Shown: piece by piece, positions 53,347-63,932 of the stretch | How the letters are laid out: every line of letters starts with the position of its first letter | How positions within the stretch are numbered: the first letter of the stretch is position 1 | IMG/VR virus record: IMGVR_UViG_3300033143_002031 | Location: 120,745 to 184,744 of that record | DNA from: a virus | Direction: 5' to 3' (one strand) | DNA: 64,000 nt | Translations under genes and position numbers: made by a program | Notes under the pieces: generated by a model | Seen by the model: the letters and a program-made list of their open reading frames with translations, nothing else | Databases searched by the model: none | Told to the model about the DNA's origin: nothing

Positions 53347-54792
53347 GTGGCGGCCTACGACTTTTCAGCGCCATTTGTGGCAGCCCGGATCGTGCTCCCC
53401 AACGGGGATGCGTATCCCCTGTGGACGAACGTTGGCGGGGCGGAGACGGTGCGGCCTACCATTCCTGGTCAGGAAGACCTGCAAGCTCTGTGTTTCGTGC
53501 AGGAGGTCCAGGTCCAGTTGGGCTTGGCTGGTCTCCCGCAACTCTCTGTCCAACTGAGTCCTCCTTTCGAGGATGGGGTCAAGTTCTTGGACTCTCCTCT
53601 CGCGGACGGTCTCCGGACTAACCGGCTCGAAGTCCAACTGGGTTACGCAGGGGGAACTGGCGACGCTGGGGCAGTCCTCACGGCGCCTTTTGTGGCTGCC
53701 CTCACGGCTCCCGAGGTGACGGTCGATGTTGAGGTGCAGATCAACCTGAAGGGCCAAGGTCTCGGCCAAAGCGCACAGCTAGAAGGTGGGCGTGTCACAG
53801 GGTGGCCCCACGAGAACCGGGAGGACATCATTCGTCGGCTGGCAGCCGGACGGCTAGGGACCAGGCGCACCTTGGAGGTGGACTTTAGTACGGCGCTGGC
53901 GAACGCCGAGTCACGCCGGCTATTGAAAGAGTCCGCAGCGGAGTACGTGCAGGGGAATCGGACGGACTGGCTGGCCCTGTGGGAGCTTGCTCAGACGACT
54001 CACTGCATCATGAACATCGTTGGGCCAACAGATGACGGCACGGCGTCGCGGCTCCTGTGGATGCCTAGAAGATCGGAGCCCTTCGCAGCTTCGGCCCCTA
54101 CTCGGCGCTATCGGCTCTACCACTACCCGGGTGGCCAGCTTCACGGAACGAGCGGGACACCTGGAATAGTTGGAGGCGCTTACGGGGCAGAGCTTCCCTT
54201 GCTGTCCTTCTCCTGCAACACAGAGGCGATCTGGAACGCCGTCACGTATCAAGACGTCATGAACAGCGGGGTAGAGCTAACGGGTGTCGATGCCGACGCT
54301 GTTGTAGCTGCCGAGACGACAGTGACCTTGGAGGAGCAGGCGGAGGCGGTAGACGGCGGAGAGGGCGCTCAGACCATCGAGGCGAGTGATACCGAGGACG
54401 CTCCCGCCGCGTCTATGAGCCTTCCCGGCGATACGGACAGCGAGGAGGCTGTAGATCGAGCCAGGACGGAGGTGTCATCTGGCGCGGCGATGACCCTACG
54501 GTGCGAGATTGAAACCATCGGGGACCCGGGCGTACTTCCTGGTGACGCTATCGCCCTGGCTGGGCTCGGAAGACGCTTCGACAACCGTGTCTACCACGTC
54601 TTGGAGTTGACGCATTCGATCGGGGTCGGAGGCTACTCCACGAACCTGGTCATTCAGTCGAATATCGACCCCGTGAGGACCGGCCGCCAGCCGACAGGTC
54701 CGAGGGCCACAGTCGACCTCCAGCAAAGGGCGGTCGGCGAGGGGTACACCGCTCGACCTCCTATCCCTCTCCAAGGGTCGAGGGGGTTCTGA
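53347..54792 (+). CDS. baseplate hub (GPD/gp27/gp44-like)
   Basis: TIGDPGVLPGDAIALAGLGRRF...YHVLELTHSIGVGGYST. Confidence 0.8.
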   Translation: MAAYDFSAPFVAARIVLPNGDAYPLWTNVGGAETVRPTIPGQEDLQALCFVQEVQVQLGLAGLPQLSVQLSPPFEDGVKFLDSPLADGLRTNRLEVQLGYAGGTGDAGAVLTAPFVAALTAPEVTVDVEVQINLKGQGLGQSAQLEGGRVTGWPHENREDIIRRLAAGRLGTRRTLEVDFSTALANAESRRLLKESAAEYVQGNRTDWLALWELAQTTHCIMNIVGPTDDGTASRLLWMPRRSEPFAASAPTRRYRLYHYPGGQLHGTSGTPGIVGGAYGAELPLLSFSCNTEAIWNAVTYQDVMNSGVELTGVDADAVVAAETTVTLEEQAEAVDGGEGAQTIEASDTEDAPAASMSLPGDTDSEEAVDRARTEVSSGAAMTLRCEIETIGDPGVLPGDAIALAGLGRRFDNRVYHVLELTHSIGVGGYSTNLVIQSNIDPVRTGRQPTGPRATVDLQQRAVGEGYTARPPIPLQGSRGF

Positions 54793-54793
54793 G

Positions 54794-55663
54794 ATGCCCA
54801 TCACTGCCGAAGACATCCTCGACAACATCACTCGCTACGGGATCGAGTTTTACCGGGTGTACCCTGGGATCTACCGAGGGATCGTGGAGGCCAACGATGA
54901 TCCTCAGAAGCAGGGGCGCGTGAAGGTGCACGTACCCACCATGCAGGAGCATGCCCCGAACATCTGGGTCAAGGCCGCCATGCAAGGGTCCGGGGACGGC
55001 CGAGGGGTCTTCTGGCCCCCCGAGGTGGGGGACCCGGTGTACGTTTCCTTTGCGCAGGGGCAGCCTAGCCGGCCGGAGTGCTACTTTGGCGGCTGGTACG
55101 GTCGCCGCGACAACACCTCCGACGTACCCGAAGACCTCGGCTACTCAGGGGACCACCCTGATATCCGAGGCATGGTCACCAGGATGGGCCACAAACTCAT
55201 CTTCAGCGACGCTCCCGGTGACGAACGTGTCGAGGTCCACTGGAACAAGGCGAACGCAGAAGACGCTGCGAAGCAGGACCGGACCAAGACGGCTGGAGAA
55301 GGCGACAACACGCAGGGTGGTGGCAAGGCGTCGCTCAAGTTCACACCGGACGGCTCGATCGAGATCACGGACAACGCGAACCCGAACCAGACGATCAAGA
55401 TGAACGCCACGCAGGGCACGATCGAGGTCGCCGACAAGAGCGGGAACAAGGTCGTGCTCAGTTCCGCAGGGGCGCGGATCGAGTCCCCTTCTATCGACTT
55501 AGGGGGCAGCGCGACGAGCCCGTCGACAGAGCCAGGTGTGAAGGGGACGGCGTGGTTCAGGTGGGCCGTCGCTCACACGCATCCGACATCTATGGGGCCT
55601 TCAGGGGTGGCCGTACCACCTCCGACTCCGGACATCCTCTCTACGGTGATGAGGATGAAATGA
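54794..55663 (+). CDS. baseplate spike (gp5/VgrG-like OB fold)
   Basis: YRGIV..NDDP..QGRVKV.VP, GVFWPPEVGDPVYVSF..G.P..P, TRMGHKLIFSD. Confidence 0.9.
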   Translation: MPITAEDILDNITRYGIEFYRVYPGIYRGIVEANDDPQKQGRVKVHVPTMQEHAPNIWVKAAMQGSGDGRGVFWPPEVGDPVYVSFAQGQPSRPECYFGGWYGRRDNTSDVPEDLGYSGDHPDIRGMVTRMGHKLIFSDAPGDERVEVHWNKANAEDAAKQDRTKTAGEGDNTQGGGKASLKFTPDGSIEITDNANPNQTIKMNATQGTIEVADKSGNKVVLSSAGARIESPSIDLGGSATSPSTEPGVKGTAWFRWAVAHTHPTSMGPSGVAVPPPTPDILSTVMRMK

Positions 55664-56229
55664 GCCTCGACGCTGGAAAGCTCTATCGCGAGTTCATCTC
55701 GTGGTTCACGGTGCCTGGGGATATCAGCACTCACCCACAGGCCGAAGCCAGGCTCGCCCGGGTCTACCACGTCTACGCACAGGACGCGGAAGACGTGTCC
55801 GGGGAGAAGCCGAACAATCTGGTCTCAAGCAAGTTCCGAACGCCGCTCTCGTTTCAGCGCAGCAAGACGGCCCAGCAGTTCGCTAGGCGGATCGAAGCGG
55901 CTTTTGTTGCGTACTGGACCGGAGTGACGTTTCCGATCCTTGTGGTGCCTCCTCCTGTCCCTCCCTGTCCGAGCGTAGGCGGGACGACTATATTTGCTTC
56001 GGAGACGACTTCGCTGGTGCTCTCAGTGACGCCGGGAGTGATGTACTCTGCAATCTTGCCGATCGTTTCGACGTGGCGTGGCACGGCGCAGTTGAAAGCG
56101 AGGCAATTGGCGGAGGCGATGGACGGAGCGACGAAAAGCGCGGTGACGGTGCTCATCACAGGGCTCGACACAACACCCGGCGGGAGTGGTGGACCGTTGC
56201 CCATAACCAACACGTGCACGGTGTTCTAA
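55660..56229 (+). CDS. hypothetical baseplate-region protein
   Basis: Coupled start and stop between spike and gp25-like genes. Confidence 0.65.
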   Translation: MSLDAGKLYREFISWFTVPGDISTHPQAEARLARVYHVYAQDAEDVSGEKPNNLVSSKFRTPLSFQRSKTAQQFARRIEAAFVAYWTGVTFPILVVPPPVPPCPSVGGTTIFASETTSLVLSVTPGVMYSAILPIVSTWRGTAQLKARQLAEAMDGATKSAVTVLITGLDTTPGGSGGPLPITNTCTVF

Positions 56230-56606
56230 TGGCTGCTCCGATCGTATACAACGGGATCAGGTTCCCGTTCCAGAAGGGCGGAACCTCCTTCCCAGATGGG
56301 GCGACCAACGACGACCTCATCCGGGACTCGCTGCTTCAGTTGGTCATGACGATGAACGGAGAGCGCATCATGCGCCCGACCTTCGGGACCAACGCCATGA
56401 CGTTCGTCTTCGAGAACAACAACGAGGCGCTCAGTAATCTCCTCCGGGCGGAGGTCCAGGGTGCAATAGCGAAGTTCGAGCCGAGGATTCAGATGTCGGA
56501 CCTGGTGGTCGAGCAGCGTGGGGACGAGGTCATATTGACGATCGTGTACATTGTGCTTGCGACTCGGAAGGCAGGCGCCGCTACAATCGCGATCCCGCTT
56601 CCGTGA
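56229..56606 (+). CDS. baseplate wedge/sheath initiator (gp25-like)
   Basis: GIRFPF...IRDSLLQLVMT..GERIMRPTFG...AI.KFEPRI. Confidence 0.92.
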   Translation: MAAPIVYNGIRFPFQKGGTSFPDGATNDDLIRDSLLQLVMTMNGERIMRPTFGTNAMTFVFENNNEALSNLLRAEVQGAIAKFEPRIQMSDLVVEQRGDEVILTIVYIVLATRKAGAATIAIPLP

Positions 56607-56616
56607 GAGGTTAGCT

Positions 56617-58779
56617 ATGGCAGAACTCGCACTAGGGTCTTTGAACCGCGCTCGGTACGCTGGGCTCGACTTCGACACCCACAATGACGATCTCTTGGCC
56701 CGGTTGCAGGTGAAGTACGCGGCCGACTTCAACGACTTCGCAATCTCCAGTCTCGGCATCATGCTGTTGGACCTGACGGCCTACGGACTGGACACACTCA
56801 GCTTCTACCTCGATCGCCGGGCCACGGACACGTACCTCGCGACTGCTAGGACGCGCAAGAGCGTGTCGCGCACGAGCCGGCAACTCGGGTACAAGATGGG
56901 TGGCGCTGTGGCGTCGTCTGTGGACATCAAAACTACGGTGAACGAGGTCTTCTCGTTCAATGTGTCGGTTCCGGCTCGGTTCCAGTTCAACGGGCCGGAC
57001 GGTCTCATTTTCGAGGCAGCCGAGGAGGTACTCTTCACGATCGCAGAGCAGGGGATCGGGAACTTCAAGTTCATCCCGGCCTACGAGGGCGAGACCTTGG
57101 CGGAGAACTTTGTCTCGGACGGCACTCCGGTACAGGTGTTCGAGCTACGTCAGGTCCCAGACGATAAGTTTGTCGTCCAGGGCACGGTGGAGGTCACAGT
57201 AGACGGGGCTGCCTGGGATGTTGTGGACCTTTTGGAATACGGGGCCACGGATCAGTTCGAGGTCGGGTTCAACGACGAGCCCTCTACTCTGCGCTTCGGG
57301 GACGGCATCGCTGGAAACATCCCAACGGCCGGAGCGTCGATCGAGGTGACCTACGTAGCCTCTCGGGGGAAGGCAGGGCAGGTATCGTCCGGCACGATCC
57401 AGGAGGAGGCGACTGGGCTCGTCGTAGCGTTCACGGAGATCCCGCTCACGATCAGCAATCCGGAAGGTTCTTCTGGCGGAGATGACCGGGAGACGTTGGC
57501 CAGTGCCAAGGCGTTCGCCCCGCAGGTGTGGAAGTCGGCAGGCAAGGCCGTGACGGGGGAGGACTACTCCGGGCTCTCAGGTTCCTATGCGGACCCGCTC
57601 TTTGGCCGGGTAGCTGTGGCCAAGGCAATCTCTTCTAGGACGGCTGGTGGGGACCTCACGGTCCAGAACTACCTGACGGACATCTTGAACGGCGTGTTGG
57701 GCTTGAACACGGCCCTCGCGCTGTCGGTGACCAACCTCACGGTGGCGATGGATGCGGCCGATGTGGCTCTTCTGGCGCTCGGAACGGCGGAGGTGAAAGT
57801 CGCGACCGAGACGGCTAAGATCGAGACGAGCGCGACTGCCGCTCTTGCCGCTGCTAGGGCGATCAAGAACAACACTGGAGAGATTGCTGTTGATTCAGGG
57901 GACATCGCGGCCTACGTGGCAGCGGGCGTAGTTCTCGTGAACGCCTCCGGGGCTTCTGCCCCAGAGAAAACGGCCATCAATCAGCAGTTCAACTTGATCG
58001 ACGACGAGGCGGGCACCATAGGCGGGGCAGCGGCCAGTGCTGGGGCCTCGGCTGATACCGTGGTGGAGGAGTCGAACGCGATCCTCACATCGGTGGGTCT
58101 CATAGGGACTGACGGTGTGACGCCCGACACGTACCTGAATGACGTCGTGAACGAATTGGCGGTTCTCGTCACGCAGGGGCTCGTCATTCGTGCCGAGATC
58201 GACAGCATCGACACGGACAATGCCGATCTGCTAGATCTTGTGGATACGTCCATCACGGAGATCAACGCGCACCTCGACAGGGTGCTGGCGTCCGACTGCA
58301 AGGCGAACCTCGTGACGGTGCCCATCCTGTCCCGGGACAAGGGCGGCTTCTATACGGCCCCTTCGACCGGGCTCATCGACTCCCTCCAGAGCTACCTGGA
58401 CGCTCGGAAGGAGGTCACGCAGTCGGTCGCGGTCACCTCTGGCGAAAACTCTCTCATCCCGGCTGTCATTCGGGCGCGCGTCGGCGTTTTCAGTGGGTAC
58501 TCCGAGTCGGTGGTGAAGACCGCAGTGGAGGCGGCGATTGAAGGCGTGCTTCGGGATCGGAAGTTCGGGGTCGCTCTCTACGAGTCGGACCTGGACGATG
58601 TGATTCTGGAGGTGGAGGGAGTCGCTTTCATAAACGCAAGGATCGACGGGCACTTGGAGTCGGACGGGGTTACGATCTCGATCACAGGGCTCGACGCTGA
58701 CGGGAACCTGATTATCTCGGACAGCGAGGTCATCACCCTCGGTACCACCACGATCACCACAGAGGTCGCTACCACATAG
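56617..58779 (+). CDS. baseplate J/gp6-like wedge protein with a long helical insertion
   Basis: LDRRATDTYLATA..RKSV...LGYK, LRFGDGIAG.IP, VTY..SRG..G.V, GGDDRET, KAVTGEDY. Confidence 0.88.
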   Translation: MAELALGSLNRARYAGLDFDTHNDDLLARLQVKYAADFNDFAISSLGIMLLDLTAYGLDTLSFYLDRRATDTYLATARTRKSVSRTSRQLGYKMGGAVASSVDIKTTVNEVFSFNVSVPARFQFNGPDGLIFEAAEEVLFTIAEQGIGNFKFIPAYEGETLAENFVSDGTPVQVFELRQVPDDKFVVQGTVEVTVDGAAWDVVDLLEYGATDQFEVGFNDEPSTLRFGDGIAGNIPTAGASIEVTYVASRGKAGQVSSGTIQEEATGLVVAFTEIPLTISNPEGSSGGDDRETLASAKAFAPQVWKSAGKAVTGEDYSGLSGSYADPLFGRVAVAKAISSRTAGGDLTVQNYLTDILNGVLGLNTALALSVTNLTVAMDAADVALLALGTAEVKVATETAKIETSATAALAAARAIKNNTGEIAVDSGDIAAYVAAGVVLVNASGASAPEKTAINQQFNLIDDEAGTIGGAAASAGASADTVVEESNAILTSVGLIGTDGVTPDTYLNDVVNELAVLVTQGLVIRAEIDSIDTDNADLLDLVDTSITEINAHLDRVLASDCKANLVTVPILSRDKGGFYTAPSTGLIDSLQSYLDARKEVTQSVAVTSGENSLIPAVIRARVGVFSGYSESVVKTAVEAAIEGVLRDRKFGVALYESDLDDVILEVEGVAFINARIDGHLESDGVTISITGLDADGNLIISDSEVITLGTTTITTEVATT

Positions 58780-58888
58780 TCGCGTGATTGCTAATGAATT
58801 TCAAGGTGATCGAGTAGCGTTGCTCGCTATCGTGGTGGTACACTGAGTCAAGTTTTCGACCATTCCGCTGCGGGGGAGGAGAGGGTAC

Positions 58889-60871
58889 ATGACTCGCACA
58901 GCAATTCGGCAAGACGAGCAAGTCCAACCATCTGAGGTCTATGACGACACCGTAGCGCCCTCGCTCGCGAACTTCGAGACGAACACGGCCAACGCGGAGG
59001 ACGACTTCAACAACCTGCGTTCGCAGGTGAGCAACCTGAAGGACGTCCAGACCGGCAACTGGTACGACGACCTGGCTGTGCCAGCCACCTTCACGGGCGA
59101 GGGTGAGGTCAAGCGGGGCGTGGACAACGTCAACTTGGACCTCCACGAGTTGGAGCGCAAGCGCATCCTGCGGCGGCGTCAGGTCGTGGGTGCGGACGTC
59201 ACGGTCCCGGCCGCCGTCAAGGCGACGGGCAATCTCCTGATCAACTCGACTCCCGGCGCTGGTGAGACGGTCACCATCGACTCCAAGGTCTACACGTTCA
59301 CGTCGCCTGTTGGAGCGGTTGATGGGGACGTGTTCATTGGTGTGAGCGCCACGGCTGCGAGGGACAACCTCGTCAAGGCCATCATGCTGTCGGGGGTGGC
59401 TGGTGTGGACTATGCCGCCGCCACGACGCTCCACCCCACTGTAGCGGCAGCGAACGGTGCCGGTACTTCCCTGGATGCAACGGCCAAGGCATTCGGAACC
59501 GTGGGCAATCTCATCGCCACCACGGAAACCATCGTGGACGTGCTCTCGATCTGGGGCGCTGCGACCTTGACGGGTGGCGCTGGAGACGTGGTGATTCTCG
59601 ACGGTGGGGCGAACGAGCTTCCCGGCAACACCACGGCGGCTGTCGGAGCAGTCACGACTCGGGGTACGGTTGTCGCGGCTGTTGTAGCTACATTCGGCAA
59701 GGCGACGGACACGGAGGTTGCGGGTGGGGACGCCATGACCCCCAAGAACCTCTGTAAGATCGCGGACACTGCGACAGGCGACGCCATCTTGGATGCCACA
59801 GGCCGAGAGATCCACGCGCTGATTCAATCCGAGTTCGCGGCCGACGGTACGACGATCACGCTCATCACCCCGAACAGGGTGCAGCTTTCGTTCGTCGTGC
59901 ACAACGCGACCAACGACAATCTCATTCTCGCAGACGCTCAGTACATCGGTGGCCAGAGCATCGACTACTCCGCCGTCGAGCGATACGCCTTCGATGACAT
60001 GCCGGAGCACGCTTGGCTCGGTGACGACTTCATCGACGCCGGAGCCGCGACCACGAACCGGCAAGCGGTCTACGACAATCAGGGGGTCATCCCGGTCGAC
60101 CTCATCACCCACGCCTACCTCGATCTGGAGGGGGCTGGGCTCACCTGGGCGATCAGGGACGATTTGGAGGCGATCCTTTTCCGAGTCATCGAGGGGTCGG
60201 CCGGAGGCACCTCGGAGATCGAGTTCGGGACTGATGTCGATGTCTTCGACAACGATGCTGTCACGAGCGACTTCGCCAACGAACTGAAGGTGGACACGGG
60301 CGGAACGCCGATCCACATCGGTGTGACGGCGGGGCACGTCGAGACCACGGGCGCGGACGACCTGCATCTCCAGGCCGCGAACGAGATGTACCTGGACGAC
60401 GGGAACCAGACGGGTTCCACGTGGGCTCAGACGGACGGTATCAAACTCTCCGAGACCACGGCAGAGTGGGATGCCTTCGAGGCTGAGTTCGGCGAGGTGA
60501 GCCTGCTCAACGCCATCGTGCAAGCGGCTGGCAGCGGGACGACTCGTTGCAAGGCTGTGGCGCATGTGATCGTGGCGGACATCGGGTCCAACACGCTGAT
60601 CGAGGGTGCGAGCGGTCCTGGTGCTGCGAATATCTCGGCGGACCTGTGTGACTACAGGGCGCTCACGTTCGTGGACGACGTGGACATCTTCATCAACGGT
60701 CTCCTCCAGCGCAATGGCGCGGACGCGGCTGCCAACCACGACGTCTACCCGAGCGCAGTGGCAGTGGAGCGCCAGTTCGGCTGTTTCTACGCGGAGTACG
60801 AACTGAAGTTCCGGGCTGGCGTCCGACCCGACGTCATCACGATGCTCGTGTGGGGCGACCCGGTTCCGTGA
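58889..60871 (+). CDS. structural/tail-associated protein (fibre or whisker-like)
   Basis: Beta-rich, Gly/Ala/Thr/Asp-rich composition; SD GGAGG; follows the baseplate. Confidence 0.6.
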   Translation: MTRTAIRQDEQVQPSEVYDDTVAPSLANFETNTANAEDDFNNLRSQVSNLKDVQTGNWYDDLAVPATFTGEGEVKRGVDNVNLDLHELERKRILRRRQVVGADVTVPAAVKATGNLLINSTPGAGETVTIDSKVYTFTSPVGAVDGDVFIGVSATAARDNLVKAIMLSGVAGVDYAAATTLHPTVAAANGAGTSLDATAKAFGTVGNLIATTETIVDVLSIWGAATLTGGAGDVVILDGGANELPGNTTAAVGAVTTRGTVVAAVVATFGKATDTEVAGGDAMTPKNLCKIADTATGDAILDATGREIHALIQSEFAADGTTITLITPNRVQLSFVVHNATNDNLILADAQYIGGQSIDYSAVERYAFDDMPEHAWLGDDFIDAGAATTNRQAVYDNQGVIPVDLITHAYLDLEGAGLTWAIRDDLEAILFRVIEGSAGGTSEIEFGTDVDVFDNDAVTSDFANELKVDTGGTPIHIGVTAGHVETTGADDLHLQAANEMYLDDGNQTGSTWAQTDGIKLSETTAEWDAFEAEFGEVSLLNAIVQAAGSGTTRCKAVAHVIVADIGSNTLIEGASGPGAANISADLCDYRALTFVDDVDIFINGLLQRNGADAAANHDVYPSAVAVERQFGCFYAEYELKFRAGVRPDVITMLVWGDPVP

Positions 60872-60913
60872 TAGTTTTCTGATCTTCCAACGGACGAAAG
60901 GTGAGTAACTCGG

Positions 60914-61549
60914 ATGAATGTTGGGAAATCCATGGTGAAGGTGGACCTGGCGAAGACGCTAGGGTCGCAGTACTCGGAGATGGTGAGAGCGGCTGAGAAG
61001 GACCAGCTTCGTCAGGAAGGGGCCAGGGACGCTCTCAAACTCGCGGCTCGGCGCGTCGGGGACCTCGGGCTCCACGTGGACAAAGACCTCGAAGAGGGGA
61101 AGCTGTCTGCGTCGGACATGAAAGACCCGAAGAAGGTCGAGGAGTTCATAAAGAGGTTCATCAAACGTGCTGTAGGTGTCCTCGACAACTTGGCCACGAC
61201 AGCGGAAGTTGCCCGGACGGTCGCGAACGGCCGAGCGAAGGGGCTTCAGGCGGCCGAGGAGGTCGTCAAGAACATGGGGGAGGGCGAGGTCAAGAAGCTG
61301 GCCGAGCTACAACGACAGATCGAGTCCGGAGAGGTCTCGATCGAGGAGGCCACGAATCGTGAGGCCCCTCCTTCCCTGAAACACCAGCGCGAGGACGAGG
61401 AAGCAGCCGAAGTTGTAGAGGCGGAAGCTACTTCCGAGCCCGCTTCCAAGGGGACCAAGCCCCCGGTGAAGAAATCGGCGGCGAAAGCTCCGAAGAAGCG
61501 GCCGAAGAGGAAGCCGACCCCAAAGAAGGGGTCGTCGAAGAAGGGATAG
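60914..61549 (+). CDS. hypothetical coiled-coil protein with Lys-rich tail
   Basis: Helical composition; basic C-terminus. Confidence 0.65.
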   Translation: MNVGKSMVKVDLAKTLGSQYSEMVRAAEKDQLRQEGARDALKLAARRVGDLGLHVDKDLEEGKLSASDMKDPKKVEEFIKRFIKRAVGVLDNLATTAEVARTVANGRAKGLQAAEEVVKNMGEGEVKKLAELQRQIESGEVSIEEATNREAPPSLKHQREDEEAAEVVEAEATSEPASKGTKPPVKKSAAKAPKKRPKRKPTPKKGSSKKG

Positions 61550-61550
61550 G

Positions 61551-62360
61551 ATGGGCCGCACCCCGGATGCCTATGATGGGCCAAGGATCGATGAAGCGAT
61601 CATCTGGGAGGAGCAGCCCTCCGACCCAACAGAAGAGAGAACTACGCAGTTCGTCCAGAACAAGGGCCTTCTCACCCTCCTGCACGGTGTAACTCGGCCT
61701 ATTGGAGAGACCCCGAATTCCATCTGGCAGACCGAGGTGGACGACGTGTTCGTGGACACGCCGCCCGCCGGTCCAATCACAGGGTACCGTCTCATCGTCG
61801 GCCCGACCCCTGCCGGGGCGTTCGTCGGGCATGAGGGCGAGATCGCGGAGTGGGACGGCACCGCGTGGTGGTTTACGACTCCGAGGCAGGGGACTGCCAC
61901 GATGGTCCGGGCTGTGGGTGTGGAGACGCCCTACGTTCAGTCCGCTATGTCCCTGCCGTGGGTATGGGACAAACTCAACCCTGGCGGCTACTTCGGCTCG
62001 GAACTCCACTACGAGGTGGATAACACCCCTTCGACCACTTCGAGTACATCCTGGCAAACCAAGCTGACGTTGAACACGGACCCGCTGCCGCTGGGCGACT
62101 ATTTCGGGATCGCGGTTGCCGTGGTCGTTGGGTCGGTGGTCGGAACTGAGGTTGCCTCTCAGCTTCTTTTCGATGGGAGCGACCGAGGGGCCGTTCTCGT
62201 CAAGCCAGGTGTCGCGAATGGTGAAGCGTCATTCACACCGTTTTTCATCGAAGCGAATGTCTCCGGCTCTCACACCCTTTCGCTTCAGTGGCGAAAGGCG
62301 GGAGGTGGTGGCAGCGCAACGATCCGGGGCACTCGGATCGCGTGGTGGAGGCTAAAGTAG
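61551..62360 (+). CDS. tail fibre-associated protein
   Basis: TPPAGPITGYRLIVG.TP.GAF.GHEGEIAEWDGTAWWF.P pattern common in phage tail proteins. Confidence 0.65.
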   Translation: MGRTPDAYDGPRIDEAIIWEEQPSDPTEERTTQFVQNKGLLTLLHGVTRPIGETPNSIWQTEVDDVFVDTPPAGPITGYRLIVGPTPAGAFVGHEGEIAEWDGTAWWFTTPRQGTATMVRAVGVETPYVQSAMSLPWVWDKLNPGGYFGSELHYEVDNTPSTTSSTSWQTKLTLNTDPLPLGDYFGIAVAVVVGSVVGTEVASQLLFDGSDRGAVLVKPGVANGEASFTPFFIEANVSGSHTLSLQWRKAGGGGSATIRGTRIAWWRLK

Positions 62361-62849
62361 ATGGCCGACACCCCCTACGAGTACGACGTGCTCAACGACT
62401 TCCCGAACCAGATTGTCGCTCTTGACGCCTTGGAGCAGGAGATTGCGGGCGCGGTGCCTCCGATCACCTCGGCCGCGTTTGTATCCCTCGTGACCTCGTG
62501 GATAGGGGCTCCGGCCAGGGATACGTGCACCATCACGTTCGATGACCCGCTGTCTCCGGGGGACCAGGCGACTCTCGACACTGTGGTCGCCGACCACCAA
62601 GGGATTCCCCTCCCGTCGTACAACGGGCTCGTCGGGCGGCAGGCTCTCCAGACCGAGACGGAGAAGGACACCGACGTCTACTTGGAGCGTGACGGGGCAG
62701 GGAACCTAATGTTCGGAGATCAGGCGACTACCCCGAAGACGCTTGCGGAGCTTGCCACGGCGGGGCAGCCAGACCTGTCGAAGGTGCTTCTGGAGGAGTC
62801 GGGGTCGCTCGTCTACACTGGAGATGGCGACGTCACGACGGTGGAGTAG
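62361..62849 (+). CDS. hypothetical structural protein
   Basis: Abuts both neighbours; acidic beta-rich composition. Confidence 0.6.
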   Translation: MADTPYEYDVLNDFPNQIVALDALEQEIAGAVPPITSAAFVSLVTSWIGAPARDTCTITFDDPLSPGDQATLDTVVADHQGIPLPSYNGLVGRQALQTETEKDTDVYLERDGAGNLMFGDQATTPKTLAELATAGQPDLSKVLLEESGSLVYTGDGDVTTVE

Positions 62850-62852
62850 AGC

Positions 62853-63920
62853 ATGGGCTTGCACAAGAACATCACGGGCACCGATCAGCACTGGACCTAC
62901 GCGGACCAGACAGCGCGATTGGCGGCGACCGGCTTCGCTGCGGCGGACGTTGGGAAGTCGGCGTACCAGGAGTCCGACAGGACGTGGTGGCTGCTGACGA
63001 ATCACTCTCCAATCGCTTGGGTGGACATCACGGCCGGTGGTTCATCTGGAAACGACGAGAAGGTCAAGGTCAGCGGCGACGACACTGTGGCTGGCTTCCT
63101 CACCGAGAAGCTCACGGCAGCGGCACCCATCACGCTCACCGAGGTCAACCCTGGTGGTGACGAAGACCTCCAGATTGGCCTCGGAGCCATCGATCACGAC
63201 AGCCTTGGTGACGTTACTGCGGACCAGCACCACGACCAGGCTCACGCTATCGACGGGTCTGACCATACGGGGTCGCTTGCTCACTCCGCACTGTCTGGGG
63301 TAGAGGCCGACGACCATCACGCTCACACGAACAAGACCGAGATTGACCTCGTGACGGATGGTGACCACGACGTTCGCACTGATAATCCGCATGGAGTGAC
63401 GGCGGGGCAGGCTGGGGCGGCATCCTCGCCACACGCCATTGACGGCGCTGAACATACGGGCACGCTGGACCACGGTGACCTCGCAGGGCTCGCTGACGAC
63501 GACCACCCAGGGTATCTGCCACTGACCGGCGTCAGGGCCATGACGGGGGACCTGGCCCTCGGGGACCACACTCTGTCTGGGGTAAAGCAAGCTCGTTAGC
63601 AAGCTCGTTTCCAGACCGAGGAGAACAACGGGGATTCTGGGGCCGCGAAGACCATCGACTGGACGCAGGGGAACAAGCAACGGCTCACGCTGACGGCAGC
63701 CTGCATCCTCACCTTCACGGCCCCTGGCGGCCCCGCGAACCTCATGTTCAAGCTCATCCAGGATGCGACGGGTTCGAGGACGGTGACGTGGCCTGCGGCA
63801 GTCCTGTGGCCCGGTGGGACGGCTCCGACGCTATCAACCGGGGCAAATGCTGTCGATCTCGTGGCGCTGTACTACGACGGCACGAATTACTACGGAGTAG
63901 CGAGCCTCGCGTTCGCATAG
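62853..63920 (+). pseudogene. His-rich tail fibre-like gene interrupted by an in-frame TAG (63597-63599)
   Basis: H..L.G...D.H repeats. After the TAG the frame continues 106 codons (TIDWTQGN...LIQDATGSRTVTWPAAVLWPGG.APTLST...DL...YDGTNYYG) to TAG 63918-63920. Confidence 0.75.
63586..63609 (+). repeat. 12-bp perfect tandem duplication AGCAAGCTCGTT x2
   Basis: Read directly; the junction creates the TAG. Confidence 0.95.
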
Positions 63921-63932
63921 GAGGAGTTCGAG

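Noticed and set aside
58812-58844. Imperfect palindrome TAGCG-TTGCT-CGCTA next to TGGTACACT
   Set aside because: Short arms, single copy; possibly an operator or promoter but not distinguishable from chance.
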